This document shows, one piece after another, positions 1-13,979 of a stretch of 63,927 nucleotides of DNA. Location of the stretch: the NCBI RefSeq assembly GCF_001194135.2, contig NC_068982.1:4816031-4879957 (forward strand), in the 5' to 3' direction. The first letter of the stretch is position 1. Each line of letters starts with the position of its first letter. Under the pieces are notes generated by a model, which saw nothing but the letters and a program-made list of their open reading frames with translations, was not told the DNA's origin and made no database searches. This DNA is from Octopus bimaculoides. Its lineage: Eukaryota. A program made the translations under genes and the position numbers.

Positions 1-469
1 ATATATATACATATATATACATATGAGTGGTACAAAAAAGCACCAATATTCACTGGAAAATAGCAGTCGATACAAATATGACGCTATTGTAAAGCTTCAT
101 TGAGTATATACAGGCAAAGACGTGTGTGTGCAACAAACATGAAAAGTTTGTCTTACCTCTTGGAAGAACATTCGATGAATGGACAACTCAGAATCGGATA
201 ATGCAGGACCGGTTTCTCACTCTTCAAATGCGTTTGTCAACGTAAATTTGATCAGTCTTCATCGGCTGCATTTCCCTAGACAATATTTCAAATGTTACCA
301 CATCAATGCCAGTTTACTCGCCTGAACGCTTAGCCGTTAACAGAACGAGAACAGTGAAAAAGTTTTCAATAAAAAATATTGCAATACAACTGTATTACTT
401 ATATATATATATTATATTATATATATATAATATAACATACATATACAAAGTAATATTAAAAAACACACC

Positions 470-600
470 TTTTGATTTAGTCTCCTTCAAAGTATTCACT
501 TGGGAATCTACACACTTCTGCCAGCGTTCCTGCCACTGCTGGAAACATTTCTGGAAATCATATTTTGGGATTCTGTAGAGCTGTGCCGTCAAATTTTGTT
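470..600 (-). mobile_element. mariner transposase C-terminal remnant
   Basis: Minus frame AQLYRIPKYDFQKCFQQWQERWQKCVDSQ, followed after a 1-nt frameshift by EYFEGD. This is the typical mariner C-terminal W..RW..C...G.YFE motif. Confidence 0.75.
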
Positions 601-2950
601 TAAAGTCTTCTGTTGACTCAGATCTTCTCTTTCTTTATGCTTTGGCATTTTAGTGAATCACGGGCTTAGCGTCGCATTCGAACCTACTCACCTTCTATCT
701 ATAAGTTGGAAGTGAGCGATCATTGTAAAATATAGATGACAAATATCATGTGAAATTTTAGACTGTTCCCATTAACATCCAGCAAATATGGATTCGCCTT
801 ATCAGCAATCCGACTGTTTTTTTTTTCTTTTTGTAATGGTTAACCAAATTTCAGTCCACATTTTATTTTTACATATATTTTTATTTTCATTTCTCACAAC
901 TTTTTTCCACTTTACAAAGCCTTTTTCTATATCTTTGCGAACTTTTTAAAAAAATATATTATAGCATTTTTTTAAAATATAACATTACTCGGTATGACCT
1001 CAAGTTCTGTAAGTATCTTAAGTTTTCTCAATTTTTAAAACTATTTTAATCGGTTTTTTTTACCTTTGATGAGAGAAATGCGACTATTTGTATCGGATGG
1101 AAAACTCATCCAATACAAACACATTCCTCGAAACGATTGTAAGGTGTTGTAATACTGTTTGTCTTTGGATTGTAATATTGGAACGCTTAAAACCTAACAT
1201 CTCGATGAATTTTTTTTTATGCATTTTGTATTTCCACGATAAAGGAACTTGACCTACGAAAATCTGTCATTCAATTTGATTTATGTTATATATTTCTCAT
1301 ATAGAGTACTAATTAGATGGACACTCAGTGTGTTACCGCAAACAAGCTTCAGCTTCCGCCTCGGTGTCCACCACAACAGAATGTAGAGAAAGAAAAAACA
1401 CTCCAAACATCTAGATACATATACAATGGCGCACTACTTTAATAACATCCTAAAATTGCAACCTTTCCGGCTCAGCACACACACACGCACAGACACGTGC
1501 ACGTACAGGCTCGGACGGGCTAGAAATAACAGCCAAATTGTCCATGAATAACAAGGTAACGTCTTAGAAAATGACGTAATAGGTGGTCATAGGTTCCCTG
1601 GACAGAAGAAAGATACGGTATAGTCGCTGTTGGAGTTCCTTTTACCAAAGAGATGCTTAATGAGGGCTCACCTGGAATTAAGAACAGGTGTATAAAAGTA
1701 GACTGGTGAGTCGAAATAGTACGATATAACCAAACTGTCACATTGTGAGCCATGCAATCCATCACCATATGTAGTTGGAAAGAAAACTTCTTGGCACACA
1801 GCTATTATGGTTCTAAACTTGGACAACACTATGACGAAGAAAACGTATATCAGAGCAAATGTTTACTAATAAAGAGATTGGTAAAGGACACAAAAACTCA
1901 TATTTAGTTTGAAAAACCACTGACTAAACTAGTATTTATCAGAGGCCGAAAGTAAGTGAGATGACTCAGGAATTTCTCTGTCTTCAGCACTGCGTCAGTA
2001 TGGGTGGATGGCAAAAGAAAAACGATGAGTGTGTAAGCTTAGGTTGATAGTCCAATACAAATAGTTTAGAGAAAAAGAAGACGTTGTAGAGGCGATAGAA
2101 TAAGATGAAGAGACAACACATCAAACGGTCGGAAGGATATTACAAGAAATGGCAAGAATTTCATAGGAAATTAAATGTATGCTTCTTGAAGGTCGAAAAA
2201 AAAATCATCAAAATCTGTCCATATTCCTCTTCCCATAGGAATCTGTAAATTATGCTATACATAATATGGTTTTCCAGCAGCGTATGGTCTTCTAAACGTT
2301 GTAGCTGTACGTTATTGCCAGTGATAAAATTCAGACATTTTCCAAAGAAATGTAAGAAAAAGGAAAATTAGTTTCAGATTTTCAAGGGACATAACTCTAA
2401 TTCAGGGGAAATAACTCTGTATTATCTTGTATATCTGGTTTTCAAGATTAGGGAATTCATGCGTTGACACAAATTTTGCTGTCTAGGTAGAGTCAGTATA
2501 AGTGTGTTATCAATATTGGCATAATGACTCACCTAAACTCAACATAATTAATTATATTCGTAATATACGTAACGATGAAACATTTACATAACCACTCGAG
2601 CTGCCACCAATATTTGCCAAGTGTGACTCAAATTGTATCATAATGCCTTAGTAGAGAGAAGAATCCATTACAATATACCTTCGGTGGCTCCCTAAACGAG
2701 AAAAGCAGATCAAAGGTGATCTGAGCTGTACCGTGTTTCATCATCGATCTGTTTTGACAGGGTTCAATTATGACGAAACAATGACAACAACAACAATAAT
2801 TTCTATCCTCTTTGATTTATTAACAGCGAAGTGAAGTCTGGACTAATTTAACTTGTTGAAATTCTGTTTGGTAGACTGAGGCGTTTGAGAGCTTTTATAG
2901 TCTCTTCGAAATGTAACTATCTTTGATAGCAAATAAATGTTTATAAATTA

Positions 2951-3147
2951 AGTGCAGGCGGCGATGTGTGATAAGACAGTGTTAGGGTTTGTTCAATAAG
3001 AAGTTTGCTTTCCAAACACATGATTCCGGGTCCAGTCCTACTCTACTGCGTGGCACCTTGAGCAAGTGCCTTCTGCTATAGCCTCGGGCCGGTTAAAGCC
3101 TTGTGATTGGATTTGGTAGATGGAAACCGAAAGAATCTCGTCGTGTG
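2951..3147 (+). mobile_element. tRNA-derived SINE (family B), 5' half
   Basis: Matches other copies in the window (e.g. 53533-53955 minus): ggcaccttg.gcaagtg.cttct.ctatagcctc...gatttggtaga.ggaaac.gaaag, ending in (TA)n. Confidence 0.75.
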
Positions 3148-3183
<36 letters not shown>

Positions 3184-3783
3184 TCCATTTCCATGTCTTC
3201 CACACAACGTTCGTTAGATTAGGNNNNNNNNNNNNNNNNNNNNNNNNNNNNNNNNNNNNNNNNNNNNNNNNNNNNNNNNNNNNNNNNNNNNNNNNNNNNN
3301 NNNNNNNNNNNNNNNNNNNNNNNNNNNNNNNNNNNNNNNNNNNNNNNNNNNNNNNNNNNNNNNNNNNNNNNNNNNNNNNNNNNNNNNNNNNNNNNNNNNN
3401 NNNNNNNNNNNNNNNNNNNNNNNNNNNNNNNNNNNNNNNNNNNNNNNNNNNNNNNNNNNNNNNNNNNNNNNNNNNNNNNNNNNNNNNNNNNNNNNNNNNN
3501 NNNNNNNNNNNNNNNNNNNNNNNNNNNNNNNNNNNNNNNNNNNNNNNNNNNNNNNNNNNNNNNNNNNNNNNNNNNNNNNNNNNNNNNNNNNNNNNNNNNN
3601 NNNNNNNNNNNNNNNNNNNNNNNNNNNNNNNNNNNNNNNNNNNNNNNNNNNNNNNNNNNNNNNNNNNNNNNNNNNNTAATGCATCAACCTGTGTGTGGTG
3701 CTGTTTGTAACCCCACTAAAATTTTTGTTAAGAGAAAGTTACTTGAGGTTATCGATTCGTTCGTCTACGATTCGTTCGTCTAC

Positions 3784-4611
3784 CTGCTCTGTTCAAGATG
3801 ATGGAAATCTTCATACAGAAATACAGTTGCGAATTCAAAGGGCAAGAAAAGCATTTGGTGGTCGAGTAACGCGTTTGGTGCCAGCGACATATAAATAAGA
3901 ATACAAAGCTGGCTCTTTGCAAATCATTTGTCTTACCATCCCTGTTGTATTCCTGTGAAACTTGGACTTGTTATGAAAGGTATTTTAAATTGTTAGAACA
4001 ACTCCACCAAAAATGCCTTCATCACATTTAAAAAATTAAATGGAGTTCTTTTACTCCAAACACAGATATCCTTGCATCTACAGGCATCACCTCAATTAAT
4101 GCTATGATTTTGAGGAACCAATTGAGATGGTGTGGCCATATTGTTCGAATGGGAGATGAACGTATGCCGAAACAGCTGTTTTGTTGAGCTTGCAGAGGGG
4201 AAACGCTATCGGAGTAAACCTAAAGAAAGGCTTAAGAACGGCATAAGGACTATTATGAATTCACTTGGAATGGTTCTAGAAGATATAGAAACCCTTGTTT
4301 CGGATCGAGTTGGATGGCGAACAAAGGGATGGAGTAGAGTGAAAGCATTTGAAGAGGCCAGGATAGCGCAAGTAAGACTCAAAAGAGCTCTCAGGAAGAA
4401 TGTAACGATCGAGAAGGTGAATGACAATGACCTTTTTGTGTGTACAGTCTGTGATAGACCATGCCCGTCTTTTGCTGGCCTCAAATCTCATCTGCGAACG
4501 CATGGAAAACGAACTTCTACCAACTATTTTGTCTATATGCCTGTGCATACCTTTGAATGCAGTGTATACCAGAAGGTCTGCAAATCCAACGGAGACCGCA
4601 AAAGACAATAG
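3784..4611 (+). mobile_element. RTE-clade LINE, 3' fragment of RT ORF with C-terminal C2H2 zinc finger (frameshifted)
   Basis: Pieced translation DGNLHTEIQLRIQRARKAFG...SLLYSCETWTCY...QLRWCGHIVRMGDERMPKQLF...ELAEGKRYRSKPKERLK...FVCTVCDRPCPSFAGLKSHLRTH. These are RTE post-RT motifs, with frameshifts and a stop. Confidence 0.88.
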
Positions 4612-5759
4612 GTGAGAGGCTTTAAAAAAATGTACTGATGACGATTTGTTCGACTAAAATTCCCCAAGGCGGTGCCCCAGCATGACAACAGTCTGTTGAC
4701 AGCAGCAAGTAAGAAATTGTGTGTGGGGGGCGGGGGGATGGACGGTGAGCATTCAGTTACGATGTAACTGAGATAATGTCTTTTAAGACGATTGAAACAA
4801 AAATGTCAAATTTCGTGAAGACAGAACTTTGAAATAATCAGTTGAATAAAGGAATCTAGTCTTCTAAGCTGACGCCCCCAGTTTTGTTGCTTCTGTATAA
4901 CTGTCGTATTGGGATGAACACAAGATGGGGAAATGCATTTGAATCGTGAAAAGATAGTTAAATTTGCTAGGAGTGTCGTCATGGGAACTATCAGCAACAG
5001 CTATTCATGGGAAACAACTCTCAATGCCTACTATCATTATTTTAGAGTTCTCTCCCTTGAACTTTGTGCTTATGCTTTCCAACGCTTGATAATTCTTTAC
5101 ACTTCTAGGCACATATCCCGAAATTTTTTTTTGGGGGGGGGGAGTGGACCAGTCGATTAGATCGACCTTAGTACGCAACTGATACTTAATTTATCGATNN
5201 NNNNNNNNNNNNNNNNNNNNNNNNNNNNNNNNNNNNNNNNNNNNNNNNNNNNNNNNNNNNNNNNNNNNNNNNNNNNNNNNNNNNNNNNNNNNNNNNNNNN
5301 NNNNNNNNNNNNNNNNNNNNNNNNNNNNNNNNNNNNNNNNNNNNNNNNNNNNNNNNNNNNNNNNNNNNNNNNNNNNNNNNNNNNNNNNNNNNNNNNNNNN
5401 NNNNNNNNNNNNNNNNNNNNNNNNNNNNNNNNNNNNNNNNNNNNNNNNNNNNNNNNNNNNNNNNNNNNNNNNNNNNNNNNNNNNNNNNNNNNNNNNNNNN
5501 NNNNNNNNNNNNNNNNNNNNNNNNNNNNNNNNNNNNNNNNNNNNNNNNNNNNNNNNNNNNNNNNNNNNNNNNNNNNNNNNNNNNNNNNNNNNNNNNNNNN
5601 NNNNNNNNNNNNNNNNNNNNNNNNNNNNNNNNNNNNNNNNNNNNNNNNNNNNNNNTACCAGTTACACACTGGGGTTGATATAATCGACTTAATCCATTTG
5701 TCTGTCCTTGTTTGTCTCCTCTATGTTTAGCCCCTTGTGGGCAATAAAGAAATATTAGC

Positions 5760-5945
5760 ATGCCGAGTCAAATGCTTAGCTGTATTTCGTCTGTCTTTAC
5801 GTCCTGAGTTCAAATTCTGCCGAGGTCGACTTTGCTTTTCATTCTTTCGAGGTCGATAAATTAAGTACCAGTTGTGTACTGAGGTCAATCAAACCGACTG
5901 GCCCTCCCCCAAAATTTCGGGCCTTGTGCCTAGAGTAGAAAAGGA
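5760..5945 (+). mobile_element. tRNA-derived SINE (family A)
   Basis: B-box-like GAGTTCAAATTC followed by gaggtcgactttgcttttcattctttcgaggtcgataaattaagtaccagtt and a ggccttgtgcctagagtag tail. About 20 copies or fragments in the window. Confidence 0.8.
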
Positions 5946-7246
5946 TAAAATAAGTACCAGTTAAGCTCCAGGGTCGATGTAATTTACTTCCCCATCCTTC
6001 AAATTTATATATGATTAGACAATGGTGAGATAACGATAAACCTTATCCCAGGGTACGTCCAAAAGATATTTCGTCTCATTTTTGGTAGCATTCTTTTGTA
6101 AATGAAAAGAAAACAAACAAAATTTGTATGAGAATCATATTTATTTTACTTTATTTTTAATCACTGATATAATTTTAAGGTACTGTATTATGTTGTAGTT
6201 TTTCATTCTTTTCTGATTGAGAGACATCGGTCTGTCTAAATTTGATCTGGGAATAGGATAATCTTACTTGTTTAATCTTCATACCACTCAACTATTTAAG
6301 AAGGTTGTAATTCTGTATAAGAATTATCTGCTGCAGATAACTCTCTGATGCCAGCAACCAGGACCATCTTAACAGTATTACAAAGACCCAGAGAAATCAA
6401 AGCCTTGATCCCTATAATGTAGAGATCAGAAGTGTGTGTGTCATCTCTTTGTGTCAAAGTTTGTCCCCTACCACTGCTTGATGACAGGTGTTGGTGTGTT
6501 TATGTCCTTGTAACTTAGTGGTTCAGCAAAACAGACTGATGGAATAAGTACCGGATTTAAAAACTTATAATTACTGGGACTGATTTATTGAATTAAAAAT
6601 TCATCAAGGCAGTGCTCCAGCATGGCTGTGGTCAAATGACAAACAAGTAACAGTGGTCACATGACAACAGTCTAATACGACATTTGGCTAGTTTACCATT
6701 TTCTTACTCAATTCTGTGACAGACCTAAGGAGGTTGTTCCATTATGGATTAATGTATTTGACACACACACAATGCAAATACAGAAATGTGTTCTGACTCT
6801 GCAAACTTCTGCTTTCAAGGTTGGCAGCCAATCAACTCGGCTGCCCATAAACTTGACATTTCTGTATTGATTTTTGGAATTCAACAGAAAAATATAAAAA
6901 TATATTATTGTCTGGAGTTTATAAAAAAATTCAGGTGAGAGTTTGATGTTTATTTTGAACTGTTGGGAAGACTTGGCTGTGTGAGACCTCACATTTGAGA
7001 ACAATGTTTTCAGGAAATACTTTTGGTTTACAAAGAATTATGATTTTGTCTGGAAGAAGCAATGTATGAACATATCTTTTAGTTGTCTCAGTCACTAGAA
7101 TACAGCCATGCTGGAGCACTGCCTTAAGGAATTTTAGTTCAATGAACAGTCCCAATTTCTTTTTAAGGTTTGTACTTTTTCAAACCCTTTTGCCATTCGG
7201 ACACAAACACACCAACAGCGGTTGTGAAATGGTGGTGGTGAACAAA

Positions 7247-7282
<36 letters not shown>

Positions 7283-7333
7283 TCATGCATGCACACACAT
7301 ATTCATGCATGCACACACAATGTGTGTGAAGGT

Positions 7334-7661
7334 GCATACCTCAGTGGTTGGAGTGTCAGGCTCGCAATCATGTGGTGAGTTCGATTCCCAGACCGGGCTG
7401 TGTGTTGTGTTCTTGAGCATGACACTATTTCACATTGTTCCAATTCACTCAGCTGTAGAAACAAGTTGTGATGTCACTGGTACCAAGTTGTGTCGGCCTC
7501 TGCTTTTCCCTCGGATAAACATCAGTGGTGTGGAGACAGGAAGATGGCATGCATAAGCAACTGCTGGTCTTTCATAAACAACATTGCCTGGACTTGTGCT
7601 TTGGAGGATAACTTTCCAGTTGCAATTGCATGGTCATTCATGACCAAAGGGGGTCTTTACC

Positions 7662-7662
<1 letters not shown>
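7334..7662 (+). mobile_element. tRNA-derived SINE (family D)
   Basis: A-box-like CTCAGTGGTTGG and B-box GAGTTCGATTCC, then a body ending in a (TA)n tail. Confidence 0.6.
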
Positions 7663-7697
<35 letters not shown>

Positions 7698-8057
7698 GAT
7701 GTAAGTCAGGAAAAACAGCACTCGTATATCTACCTATAGAGTTGCCATATTTCATTCCATAATAGCTAGCTCTGATGAGCACAGGGTTACGTAATCAGAC
7801 TGTTACCTAACACTCCAGTGAATCACTGTTGCAAAACCAATTGGTAAGATCAGCTGTAATGGATATATAATACTCTTCACTTCGATTAACATATATATAT
7901 ATATATATATGCACACACGTATGTATATTCATCAAAGTATTATATATTCATTACAACCAATTAATATACCTCAATTAATACACCCACTCTACTGACAGAT
8001 ATACGAGTGCATTTTTTCCTGACTTGTGAATTCTTCGTGTGTGTGTGTATGTGTGTA

Positions 8058-8102
<45 letters not shown>

Positions 8103-9035
8103 TTATTGATTGTGTGGAATTAAGTCTTTTGAAGAGATGGAAGGAAATACTTCCACTTTAACAACTTCCTTTGATTTTCTTCAAAGAATATGCATCCAAA
8201 GATAACCTTCCCAACATTGCCTTCTCTTTCAGGTTATGTAAAAATGACTGGGGGCAGCCTCCCCTTCTTTACCACATAACATCCCAGAACTCTTATGTTT
8301 ATTCAAAAGAATATGTTGAAATTTAATCCAATTCTTAAAACAGCCCTTGAAGTGTTTCACAAAACACAGGACAAAACATTTGAAGTAGCACAGTTTATTG
8401 CCATTCCATTGCAGTGATGTTTTCCATCATGGAAAGATTTTAATGACAGTTTGACATGATTTCCATTCAGTCAGAACAGACCTACATTTTCACAACTGGT
8501 TGGCAGTCATTGCACCAAAATTCAAAGGTTTTTCTTGAAAAATCAACATATAAAACACATTGGATTTATTCAAATAACAAGACCAAACCAGCATATATAA
8601 TTGGAATCCCGTATTTCAGCCAATCAAAATGGCTACTCTTAGCATGTCAGGCCATTTTGAACTTTATTTCTAATACTTCCACAGAACAGAAAAATCCAGT
8701 TTTTCCCTTGACTCACAGAGTTTATTGTTGTACAGTATCACAAGATATTCTCTCGTCCATTCTTACATTCGCACTTTATCATTCTCACTCATTCAACAAA
8801 CTATTAGGGAATGAAAATCGTGCACTCATTCATATTTGTTATCATCACCACAGACTGCAAAATAACGCATTCCTATGCATACATTTGTCACTAACATACA
8901 CACACACAGGCACACCAACATGCATGCACACCAGCACGCATGCGCACTCACACATTTGCACACACACATTCACGCATTCGCGCGCTCGCGCACACACGCC
9001 AATCTGTGCAATTAAACTTTGTGTACTGTTTAAAC

Positions 9036-9087
9036 CAGGGATGGGGAACCTGTGGCCTTAAGGCCGCAATGTGGCCTTCTGCAGCCC
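9036..9087 (+). mobile_element. truncated hAT-type MITE end
   Basis: CAGGGATGGGGAACCTGTGGCC resembles a hAT terminal inverted repeat. No partner end was found. Confidence 0.45.
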
Positions 9088-9161
9088 TTGATGTAAATGT
9101 TAATATATATTTTTTAAGACCTTGATTCTTTTTGTCTATAGTTTTTATGCTTAAATTTACA

Positions 9162-9215
<54 letters not shown>

Positions 9216-9989
9216 GAGATGGGAAATAACTGTGTTCAGTGATGTCACTTCCAGAAAAAATTTCATTGAAATCTGTTTGATGCAGACAGCATACGTGTTA
9301 AGAACACGTTTCATTCTTTGATGCAGATCATACACAAATCACAATTTGTATCCAGTATTAGTTTTATACCCTTATAAATTGTCAGTTTAAATGGACAATC
9401 GGCATAAATGGGTTGACTTAACCCCCCACCGCTCCCCCGAAATTGCAGGCCTTGTGCCGAAATTTGAAACCAATATTAACTACTGTTTGGCAAACGTCCA
9501 TGCCCAGCATTTTTGAGAAGGAAAACGTAGTGATTACATTCTTAAAACACTGAGTAAAGAAAGTGTTTTCCTTTGAGTGTTGCGCTCCTGTGCAAACCAG
9601 TGATTCAGATTTCCTTAAATTGCCTAATTAAGAGGTTTCACTCCTACTTCACAGCTGAAGTGTTTCATGTGGAATGGTGAAACGAGCAGGAAAAACAATC
9701 CCAGACACGAAAATGTGTAATTAAATAATCTAGCTGACATTTGATATCATTTGACACATGAAAAGCATGTTATCCACTTAATTTGCTGAAGGGAAACCAG
9801 CAGTGCAACAGCAATACTAATTACTCTAATTTTTTCTTTCTTTTGTTTTGACAAGGTGTGAGAGATTTACCTTGAAATAGTTCTTCTTTATCTGGTAATA
9901 ATCTCAAACATATTTCTTAACAAAAGCAGAAGTGGATTGTCAGGATTATACTGCCATACCTTGACACCTTTAAATATGGGGTATGGAGA

Positions 9990-10310
9990 AATGTGACTTA
10001 GTGGTTAGTGTTTTCAGCTCTCTGTTGTAAGATCATGGACTGGATTTCCAGTGGCACATTGCGTCCTTAAGCAAGACACTTTATTTCATGTTGCTCCAGT
10101 TCACTCAGCTGGCTAAAATGAGTAATACTTGTAATTCAAAAAGGAGCAAGTCTTGTCACATCCTGTATTATCATGCATCTCCCTGAGATCTACATTAAGG
10201 GTACACGTGTCTGTGGAGTGCTCAGCCACTTGCACATTAATTTCATAAGCTGGTTGTTCCATTGATCGGGTCAACTGGAGCCCTTATCATCAGAATCAAA
10301 CAGTGCCATT
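9990..10310 (+). mobile_element. degenerate tRNA-derived SINE (family E)
   Basis: cttagtggttag head and ccttaagcaagacactttatttca...ctccagttcactcagctgg body shared in part with 7334-7662. Confidence 0.5.
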
Positions 10311-10619
10311 TTATATTTGCTGCAGATCTCCTCTAAAAGAGTGGTCCATTTAGTTTTGGCCGATTCCCAATTTTCAGTCAGAACAGAAGCTGGGAAAATC
10401 AAAGTAGTTTATTTTTTTGCAAACCATTTTGGCATTATTTTCCTATGGATGTGTTCCTACTTTTTGCTTTCTAACCATCTTCAGTATTTCAAAATTTCAT
10501 TTTCAATATTTGTCAGTCATNNNNNNNNNNCCATAAAATAAATACCAGTTGAGTGCTGGGGCCAATGTAGTCGACTTACTCCTTCCCCCAAAATTGCTGG
10601 CCTTGTGGCAAACTTTGAA

Positions 10620-10900
10620 ATTAGCTGCTGGACTGGCTCCTGTTCAGCCGGCATGTAAAAAAAACACCATTTGAGCATGGTCGTTGCCAGTACCGCCTGA
10701 CTGGCCCTCGTGCCAGTGGCATGTAAAAAGCACCTGCTACACTCTCAGAATAGTTGGCATTAGGAGGGGCATTCAGAAGTAGAAACTTTGCCAGATCAGA
10801 TTGGAGCCTGGTGCAGCCGTCTGGCTTGCCAGTCCTCAGTCAAACTGTCCAACCCATGCCAGCATGAAAAACGGGCGTTAAACAACAATGATGATGATTT
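10620..10900 (+). mobile_element. RTE-type LINE 3'UTR fragment (family C) with (GAT)n tail
   Basis: gtgcc..tggca.gtaaaa.gcacc repeats, ...ggcattaggagggg...ccagatcagattggagcctgg...catgaaaaacgggcgttaaac, then a gat tail. Same body as 49370-49927, which retains terminal RTE codons. Confidence 0.7.
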
Positions 10901-11851
10901 CTCAGTCATTTATACAAGCAGACTTGAACTCATTAAAACTAAAACATAGCAGGGATGAGATAAGTTCATCCAAACATATTCTCAGAATTAAATATAACAA
11001 ACAAGTTTATATGCCTTAGTTCCTTAGATTTAATCACACGGAATACAGTTGAAATACTTTTACAGTTAATTCAGCCAAAAATTGGCATAATTTTCGCATA
11101 AAAAGCCTAAGATAAATTCTTTGAAATATGTGATTATTATTCCAGTGGGAAAGAGAAAAATATTTGCAATGGTAGTACCAAAAAAACCTGAATGAATAAA
11201 TTTTCTAAACTCAGAATTATAGCAGTTCTTTTGTATTGCTTTCTGACAAAAGATCATTAATCATAGACAGGTAGATGAAGTGACAACACAACAGGTAAGA
11301 ATTAAAGAGATTAAATGAACGTAAATGTGGAGTTAATCATAAAAAGAAGACAATAATAAGGTTTCATTAATGTTAGGAAGAAGTGAAGAACATGGACGAA
11401 AGAAGAAAACAATGTTTAATAGAAAGGTACTAATGACCATACCCACTACCATCATCATCATCGTTGTATTCCTAATCATCATCGTTATTCTCATTACTAC
11501 CAGCATCACCATTCTGCTCTTCATCTCCATTCAAATCCAGTTCAAAATACAATATTTAGATTTATGTGATACTTTTGCAAATAATCATTGATTAAGCAGG
11601 AAATATCAACTACGATAAATAGGAAAGGATTCCTTAGAGGGCTGAAACCAAATTAAATGAATTACTGGAGCATGAGATCTTGCAGTCATGCAGCATCCGT
11701 GGAATTGGTAAACATTGAACTTTTAAGTAAATACAGGTTAACGGGCAAATGAAATGGGAATCATATATCTTAATAACTTTCTCTTTCTCATTGTCTCTTC
11801 ACTTCTCTCATTCTCTTTCTTTCTCTCTCATACATACACCCACACATGCAC

Positions 11852-11876
11852 ATATATATATATATATATATATATG

Positions 11877-11947
<71 letters not shown>

Positions 11948-12160
11948 TCTGTGTGTATATATATGTTTGTGAGGGTGTATGTGTTCAACACATATATAAG
12001 CAAACATATATATATATATGTACACATACATATATATATTTGTATATGTATACATACATAATATATTTGTATATATACACATATATACATAATATATATA
12101 TGTGTGTATGTGTATATTACACTTATATAAATGGAGGTGTATACACACACACACACACAG
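11852..12160. repeat. compound (TA)n/(TG)n/(CA)n microsatellite
   Basis: Direct inspection. Source of spurious YI/CV/HT ORFs. Confidence 0.95.
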
Positions 12161-13033
12161 CCTTAAGCTCATATGTGAAGTTATGTATGTAGACTTACAC
12201 GTGTAATGATTTCCTTAGTGGCAGACATCTTAGATAAAAGACAACCTTTCAGAGAAAGCAAATAAAACGACACACTTCTCATTTCCAGTTGAAATGCTGC
12301 ATCATCTCAGTTCGTTTCTGTCACCAGCAACTCTTGAGTAACAAACTTGCTTTGCCAAAATTACTTTTTCTATTCTCTCAAACATATATGGGACTGTGAG
12401 CTTAATGAAAAGTAGCCAAATGTGTTGATTCCAGGTAATTAAACATAAAACTAATACTGAGCAGAGTTGGTGTGTGAATGAACTCTGTTACTGGCACTTT
12501 TTTTTTTTAACAATTCTGAAGAGAGAAGAGTCAGCTCCTCAAAGGGATTTTGAAGTGGGAATCTAGTGGAACAAGACTAAATACTATAAAGAAATTAATC
12601 CAGTGTTATAATAATTTCTGCTAATTTGCTGGGATGTGTTATGTGTTTGTATCGTTAATATCTATGTATGTATGTTATGTGTGTGTTCTTTAATTTCACT
12701 TTTAAATCTAGAATAAACTTCAACCGACCACCTGCTTGGTAGAAAAAGGGTGTGGAGAAAAGCAGCTGGTTTTGTTCACCATCCTTTAAGTCTTCAGAAG
12801 GTTTTTGCAGATTTTTATACTTCCAGTGATCATGAACATTTGTTGCATATGAATTAAGGATTGTATGTATGTATATCATGAAAATGTGTATGCATGTAAG
12901 TATGTGTATGTATATCTATATATATATATATATACATATGTACATGCATGCACGTACATATATGTGTGTGTGTGTGTGTGTGTCTGTACATGTATATAGA
13001 TAAATAGATAGACATTATATAGATACATTTATT

Positions 13034-13064
<31 letters not shown>

Positions 13065-13067
<3 letters not shown>

Positions 13068-13332
13068 AGAGCTGCCTTGACTGGCTTCCGTGCTGGTGGC
13101 ATGTAAAAAGCACCAACCAATTGTGGCTGTTGCCAGCCTCATCTGGCCCCTATGCTAGTGGCACATAAAAAGCACCCACTACACTCACTGAGTGGTTGGC
13201 GTTAGGAAGGGCATCCAGCTGTAGAAACTCTGCCAGATCAGACTGGAGCCTGGTGTAGCCTTCCGGCTTCCCAGACTCCAGTTGAACCATCTGACCCATG
13301 CTAGCATGGAAAATAGATGTTAAACGATGATT
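13065..13332 (+). mobile_element. RTE-type LINE 3'UTR fragment (family C)
   Basis: ggttggcgttaggaagggcatccagctgtagaaactctgccagatcagactggagcctgg ... gttaaacgatgat. Confidence 0.75.
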
Positions 13333-13341
13333 ATATATATC

Positions 13342-13387
<46 letters not shown>

Positions 13388-13481
13388 AAAAATAAAAGTG
13401 TATGTATATATATTTACATGTAAATATATGTATATACACTCACACATGTACATGCTCACAGATATATGTAGGTATCTATAC

Positions 13482-13528
<47 letters not shown>

Positions 13529-13979
13529 CATACATATATGTGCATGTGCGTACACATGTTTATGTATACATATATATACACACACATATATACATGTGTG
13601 TGCACGCGTGCACACACACACAGCTGACCTTTAATTAAAGGCATTCTATGTTTCTGTATATGAGGATATGACTTGAGCGACATCCAACAGCTACATCTAT
13701 TTTCCCCTCGTTGGATCCTTAGAATATATTATCAACATATGCAGGTTTTTCATATTTGTTTGCAGCATTGATTGTTTTAAATATTGATTTATGACTTCAG
13801 TGAATAAGGAATTCTGAGATGCATTGTTCCTATCTCAAATAAGGACATTAAGTGACTAAGCAAAAGAGTTGCAACTAGATGTCAAAACCACATGGCACAT
13901 TCTATATAATGAATTTATTCATTCCTACTCCTCCATAGTATTTGTGTGTGTTGTTGATACTGCTATTTAAGTAGATATG

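Noticed and set aside
8456-9061. 201-aa plus-strand ORF
   Set aside because: No recognisable motif in any frame, and the end is microsatellite. A weak Penelope-RT resemblance in another frame was too poor to claim.
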